Below the pieces are notes generated by a model. The model did no database searches. It had not been told where the DNA came from and saw only the letters and a list, made by a program, of their open reading frames with translations. A stretch of DNA of 64,000 nt from Ramazzottius varieornatus. Its lineage: Eukaryota; Animalia; Tardigrada. This document shows positions 58,281-64,000 of the stretch, in pieces. The position numbers and the translations under genes are program-made. The stretch lies in the NCBI GenBank assembly GCA_001949185.1, contig BDGG01000001.1, positions 3,829,586 to 3,893,585 on the forward strand. The letters are read 5' to 3'. The first letter of the stretch is position 1. Every line of letters starts with the position of its first letter.

Positions 58281-61200
58281 ATGGCAACGTCAATGTCCGT
58301 CTTACTTGCCGTTGGTCTGTGGTTCGCCGTTATCAGGTCTTACTCCTGTAAGTCATCCGTACACGTATAATTCGATTTCCCGGTCGGACGCCGAAACATA
58401 TGATAACCGTGGAGATGTACAGTAAATTTTTTTCCAGGTGCAAAACACCGGTTCAAACGAACTTACAACGTCGATCCTTCATTTTCCATATGGCCCAACA
58501 AAAGCCGAATTTTATACTATTTAGACAGTGACTACAGTAAGTGCCGAATACCGAACGGACAAACGCTTCTGGATTTCCTTACCTTTAACGTTTTCATAGG
58601 TGACTCGGAAAGGAATCTCATCAAAGCCGGCATTACCCAGATTATGAGTCAACTTCAAGGCTGCATCAACTTTGTGGAAACCACGGCTTCGGACACGAAC
58701 TTCAAGATTAGAGTCACCCCGTTTGATGCCAACGGGTAGGTCCACGATTGAATTCGAGCTTCACTATTATAAATAAAAAAGTTGCTTGTTTCCTGAAAGC
58801 TGGGCTTGCTGATTACAGGACCTTACAAGACTTCTGCTGGTCATATCAAGGTCAGAGGAACTTCCTGAGAAATACGGGAGCACTTGAGCAACCACTGATC
58901 ATTACACGAGGACCCAATGGCTGCCTCGATGGTTCGCTGCATAACATCATGAAGTACTTCGCGATATGCCTAGGAAAGCGTAACGAACATCAAAGAGGCG
59001 ATCGAGACAAGTACATCACCGTTTACCAGCAGAATATCGTTGTTCAAGTAACACTGAAAAATTTGCCAATTATCAGTCTGTTTTATTTTACCATTGTTTT
59101 CGTTTTTGCTTAGAATGCGTACCGGCTGTACAACACCAGCGAAGCCGTGTGGACCCTCTTTCCGTACGACTTCTGTTCCATTACTCACAACAAGATGACC
59201 GACTACGCTGCACCGGGTACTTTAGCATTTACTCCAGTCTCCGGACCTCAAGCGGTTCCTTTCTTGAACCAGATCAGCTACTACGATTGTCGGGTCATCA
59301 GCATGGAGTACTCTTGTCCCGCTGCAGCCTGCAAACCGCATAAGTACACATTCAAAAAAGCCAAAACGCCTCTCGCTTACGAACTCCTACTAATCGTTAC
59401 TAAATGTTGTTCTGATTACAGTGGAATGCAATAAAGCAAGGCTGGATGCTGCTAACGGTAGAGGTACTGTTTCTCGATCCACATAGACTTTTTGAAGGGA
59501 CTTCCTGAAGAGACTTTACAGTACCGGAGTCTTTCCCATCACAGGTAAAATGTTTTGATGTTTGGCAGGTTCGACCACTCCGATATCGGGGGGAATGTCA
59601 GGCGCGACTCCTGGACGGACGAATGGTCCGGGTGGGTCCACCATGGCTTCCGGTTTCGCAGGCCCAACTCAGGCACCAGGTTCCGGTGGTTCCACAGCCG
59701 CACCGGGCTCGGGAGTGTCGACACCAAGTTCCGGAGGACTGACACCTTCTCCCGGCTCCGGTACTCCAGTCACTGCCGCTCCCGGATCCGCTACTCCGAT
59801 GGGCCCTTCTGGCTCGGGCACGTCGCAAGCGACCATGGCACCTGGTGGCGGTACAACATCCATGCCTCAGACACCTGCTGGAGCCACTCCGGGCCCCTTT
59901 CCAACTGCTGCCACCCCGTCGGCACCTGGTGCGACTACTGCTAACCCAGCCGCCACCACAATGGCTCCTGGCGCCACCACAGGTACCTTACTTTTTAGTG
60001 TTCTCTTTTGCTCGCTCATTATTTATTTTCTATTTTTATTCCTTCATCCTACTTTAAAGCTGCAGCTGCAGCTACTACCGTTGCTCTGGGCGTCACCACG
60101 GCATCCCCTGGCGCGACCCCGGGTACTGTGCTGCTTTGAACCTTCTCACCGTAAACGTCTCAGTTTTGTGTTCGTTTGCTAGTTTATGCGTCAATTACAG
60201 CTGCTTCTGGTGCAACCACCCCATCTCCCGGAGCTACTATCGCCACCGGCCCAACTGCAGCCACTTCCGCGAATACAGGATCGACAGCGACTCTGGGCAG
60301 CACGGCAACTGCCTTTCACCAGGCTCAGCCCAGCATTTTTACTGTATTAATCGTATAGATTCGGCTGTCTTGCAGCCACGGGAAGCACGGTGATAATAAC
60401 AAGTAGCACCACACCAATGTCCACAACGACGCCTGAATGTCCTGCTAACTGGTTCTGCACTAACCCACCTGACGAGTCGAGCTATCTCTATGGCCCGTAC
60501 AGGCCAAACCCGACCTTGTTGCTGACCAGAGGTGATATACCTCTTGTACGAAGGTCTTGCAAAGGTGTATTAATATCTTTTGGTAGGAAAGTGTATTCTG
60601 CAGTATAACATGAACTATCAGACCGGCAAACTCGATCCAGCGAATAGTCCGCAACTGATCACGTCATACTTTCCCGGTCCTGGTGGACCCACGGCGCCCT
60701 TCCCCCTCTCCATGAACTATATGACTCCGGACCCTGCTACCAACAATCAGACTTATATCCTCAACATGATTGGACCGGTAAGTCCTACCTTTTCATCATC
60801 GAGGTGGGAAGATGGGTACATGCGCCTGGCCCAAGTGTGGGCATGGAAAAAACTGTGGGCCGTGGAGCGAAAGCGGCACGGATCAGCTGAAGTCGACAAA
60901 TCAATTAAATCAGCGCCGCTGTCGCTCCGTGACCCACAGTTTTTTCCTTGCCCACATTTGGATGAGATGCGTGCGTTATTTTACTGTGCATTCATTCATC
61001 TTACAGTGGAGCCAAAAAGCTTTGAGCTGCAGCGTCAGCCCCGCCAAGCCGCCAGCCACTGCCCCCACTTGCCCGGAAGCTGCTGATGTCCAAGACATCA
61101 ATGTCCAAGGTAGCATATACAACGAAACAAGTCTTGGGAAACACGCGGTAGTCTTTATTGGACTGAAAGGTGATCCTCTCTTTTCTAGACATTACAAATC

Positions 61201-61578
61201 GCTTCAGCAGCGCTTCCTCGCAATTGAATTACGAGGATGGTCTAATTTATCAGTTTGTTGTTAACAAGCGTAAGTCTAATGGGCGTTTCGCATCCACAAG
61301 GAGACAGATTAGACTGTTGTTCTTGTAGCCTCGAGAAGGGAATCGGTCTCGAGAACACAGACTTCAGCGAGTCATATCAAAACACGACAGGGTTCTTGAG
61401 TGGCCAAAGCAAGATCTACCAGATGACAGCCATCCAGGTCCTGAACGATCCTGACGGTAACGACCCGCCTCTGATGACCGTTTTCGGTATTGGCACTGAC
61501 GGTAGCACTGGCTATGTCGGCTTCGGTCAGTTCTCCAAAGCGCATACGCACTACATAGGTATCAACATGCCTCTTTAA
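58281..61578 (+). CDS. Astacin-fold (M12A) pseudo-protease paralog 1: signal peptide, RFKR site, inactive astacin domain, G/S/T/P mucin linker and a C-terminal globular domain (hemopexin-like repeat); some junctions irregular
   Basis: Exons: 58281-58347, 58438-58536, 58600-58735, 58819-59047, 59114-59339, 59422-59457, 59569-59982, 60060-60122, 60201-?, 60377-60531, 60587-60777, 61007-61109, 61189-61269, ~61313-61578. AATAAA overlaps the stop. Astacin landmarks: WP..I.Y, CI.F, CWSY.G, GC, EHQRGDRDKYITV and PYDFCSI. Confidence 0.75.
60831..60961. repeat. Intronic imperfect inverted repeat (47-bp arms) in astacin-like paralog 1
   Basis: 60831-60877 versus 60915-60961; about 6 mismatches, several compatible with G-U pairing. 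Confidence 0.85.
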
Positions 61579-62230
61579 TAAATTCTTACTCGTAGTTCAC
61601 ATGCCCCTGTCGGGGGACCCGACTCAACCCTTATCTCCCGTTGCGGTTCGTACTTGTTGCAACATATGAAGTGTCCACAGAATGACATAACGAAATTCTA
61701 TACACAAGATTGTAATTGCAGTGGATACAGCAGCCAGTCCCTATGAAAGATGCCTTTTCGTCGGGTTGTTAGAAGTGCACATGGAGCTATACGATGTAGA
61801 CAGCGGTCTTTTTACTGAAAAGTCACAAATGCTCGCATTCCCTTTTTCGACCTGCCGATCGGGGGCATTTGTTAGACAGAATATCAAGAGTATTAAACTC
61901 ACACTGCCGACGTCCGGTCGACGTAGAATACCCAAGTACCGAATGTGAAGTTCAACTCTTCACATGCGCAACTTGCCGGTGAACACAATAACAAGTCAGC
62001 AGCTGGCATATTTTTAAAATCGCAAGGCGAACCTCAAATCGATTGCAGTCATTACCATTTTTTTCGGAATTCGCTCATGCAGCAAAGAGATTTCGACTGT
62101 CGAGCAGGACAGGACAGGAAATCGATATGGCACGCGTCTCTCAAACGAAGCTGGGGTTCTTTGTCAAGGGATAAGGCCCCTTCTTCTACTGTCTGCAAAC
62201 TCTTGGAACAATATCAAGTTCGCCATCGAT

Positions 62231-64000
62231 ATGACAGGAAGAACTTCATTGACCGTGTTTTGCTCGCTGATCGCATTACTCCATTCTTGCCGCGCACGAG
62301 GTGAGAGACTGAACGGTTGAAGTTTACCGCCCTTGTGATCTATGCTTACCGTTTCCCGGTTATGTGTCGCAGGAGGAAGAAACCATCTGCGGACGTACAA
62401 TGTGGACCCAACGTTCTCCCGATGGCCTGACCGCACCAATATCCTCTTTTATCTGGACTCTGCCTACAGTACGTTCTGTATGCTGTAGCTCCCTGGATTG
62501 CGCCATCTTGGTGTGATATTCCACATTATAGGTTTTACGGAGCAAAGCTACATTCGAACAGCTATCGCAACCTTTCAAACTCAGATGAAAGGTTGTCTGA
62601 CCTTCGTCGAAACCACCGCGTCGGACCCTCGATTCAAAGTTCACGTGACACCATATCTTTCCGGGTACTATCTTTGAGGCGCTGTATAACCTAAAGGCTT
62701 AGTGTGAATTCGCTACCATTTTTGTTTATTATTCCGCAGAGTTCTCCAGACATTCTGTTTCTCCTATCCCGGACAGTCAAACAATGCAGTCAACACCGGG
62801 GCCACGGAACAGTTGCTGATCGTTACTCGTGGACAATATGGCTGCTTGGACGGGTCGCTGCGCAGCATCATGAAACTATTCGCCATTCTTGTCGGCAAAC
62901 GCAACGAACACCAACGAGGTTAACGTAGCATTCTCAAACCGCTCAAAGCCACATCTGTGTCCAACTCTCGTTCTTTCAGGAGATCGTGAAACCTACATCA
63001 CTGTGTTTGACAGTAACATTATCGTCCCCGTAAGTCACCTGCATTTCGTTGCAATTCTAGCGGTTCGAAATCATTTTCTGCTTAGAACTCCTATCGGCTG
63101 TATAACACGAGTGAGGCTAGGTGGTTATTTCGTCCATACGACTACTGCTCAATTACGCATAATCAGCCCACCGACTACTCCGCATCGGGAACCCTAGCAT
63201 TCGCCATCAAGTCGGGACCTCCGGCCATCCCGAAGATCGACCAAATCAGTGACCAAGACTGCCAAATCATCAGCATGATTTACAACTGTGTCGTCGCGGA
63301 TTGTGATGCATGTAAGTTAGAAAACGTCGGCGCGAAGCGAAACCGTCAGTATCTCTTTGTACCGTTTCGTTTCAGTCGACTGCCTGGCCGCCAGGCAAAA
63401 CGCTTTGGGAATGGTTTCTTCCACACCGGCACCCACGATTGCTCCCACAACGACCAGAGTGCCACCCACCACCACAGCGCCACCACCGACAACCACGGCC
63501 ATACCAACCACAACTACCATGGCTCCAACTACTACCACCCTCGCACCAACAACAACTAACCCAACAACAAGGACTACACCTTTACCGACCACTACCACAC
63601 CTGCGCCCACTACCACCACGGTTCCACCAACTACCACCACGGTTCCACCAACTACCACCACGGTTCCACCAACTACCACCACGGTTCCACCAACTACCAC
63701 CACGGTTCCACCAACTACCACCACAATTCCACCAACTACCACCACGGTTCCACCAACTACCACCACGGTTCCACCAACTACCACCACAATTCCACCAACT
63801 ACCACCACGGTTCCACCAACTACCACCACAATTCCACCAACTACCACCACGGTTCCACCAACTACCACCACGGTTCCACCAACTACACCACGGTTTCACC
63901 AACTACCACCACAATTCCACCAACTACCACCACGGTACACCGACTACCACCACAATTCCACAACTACCACACGGTACCACGACTACACACGGCGGCACAA
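62231..64000 (+). CDS. Astacin-fold pseudo-protease paralog 2 with a TTTTVPP mucin repeat; 3' end beyond the window
   Basis: Exons: 62231-62300, 62373-62468, 62532-62664, 62740-62908, 62980-63029, 63086-63311, 63376-end. Colinear with paralog 1: RTYNVDP.FS.WP, GC..FVETTASD, GCLDGSL, GKRNEHQRGDR, YRLYNTSEA, PYDYCSITHN. Confidence 0.85.
63609..64000 (+). repeat. Coding tandem repeat with a 21-bp unit ACTACCACCACGGTTCCACCA / ...ACAATTCCACCA (TTTT[V/I]PP)
   Basis: More than 15 near-identical units that degrade with single-base indels toward the window end. Confidence 0.95.

Noticed and set aside
61600-61660. GGTTCG-containing stretch as a tRNA or SINE
   Set aside because: No cloverleaf and no A-box/B-box spacing could be built.
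63317-63902. Minus-strand ORFs rich in VVVVGG or WWNRGGS
   Set aside because: They are antisense shadows of the plus-strand TTTTVPP mucin repeat, which is joined to upstream exons by a proper acceptor at 63375.
63609-64000. Regular short repeats resembling a CRISPR array
   Set aside because: Contiguous tandem units with no unique spacers, in a eukaryotic coding context.
63885-64000. Frameshifts at the end of the mucin repeat as evidence of pseudogenization
   Set aside because: Single-base losses accumulate toward the sequence end, which is typical of low-quality or contig-end sequence.

Overview
Gene-dense, intron-rich eukaryotic (invertebrate) DNA with mostly 50-250 nt GT-AG introns and roughly balanced GC. 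The compact architecture and gene set suggest an ecdysozoan such as a tardigrade; this is inference only. In order: the probable first coding exon of a secreted-protein gene cut by the left edge (-); Na+/K+-ATPase alpha (+) with at least two candidate alternative first exons; a chitin-binding CBM14 protein (-); a mucin-like Spaetzle/cystine-knot ligand (+); sterol C5-desaturase SC5D (+); a MATH-BTB protein with an intronless CDS (-); a divergent TRRAP pseudokinase (-) carrying an internally deleted pogo/Tc2-type DNA transposon in one intron; RBM7-like (+); RPS25 (-); PP2A scaffold subunit A (+); SMURF HECT ligase (-); a secreted LRR protein (-); and a tandem pair of astacin-fold mucin genes (+), the second running off the window in a 21-bp repeat. 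The most notable signal is that both astacin paralogs have lost all three Zn-binding His, the catalytic Glu and the Met-turn, yet share the same replacement motif (IMKxFAIxxGKRNEHQRGDR / YDxCSITHN), which points to a conserved pseudo-protease family. Exon coordinates were read by eye and are not confirmed by transcripts.
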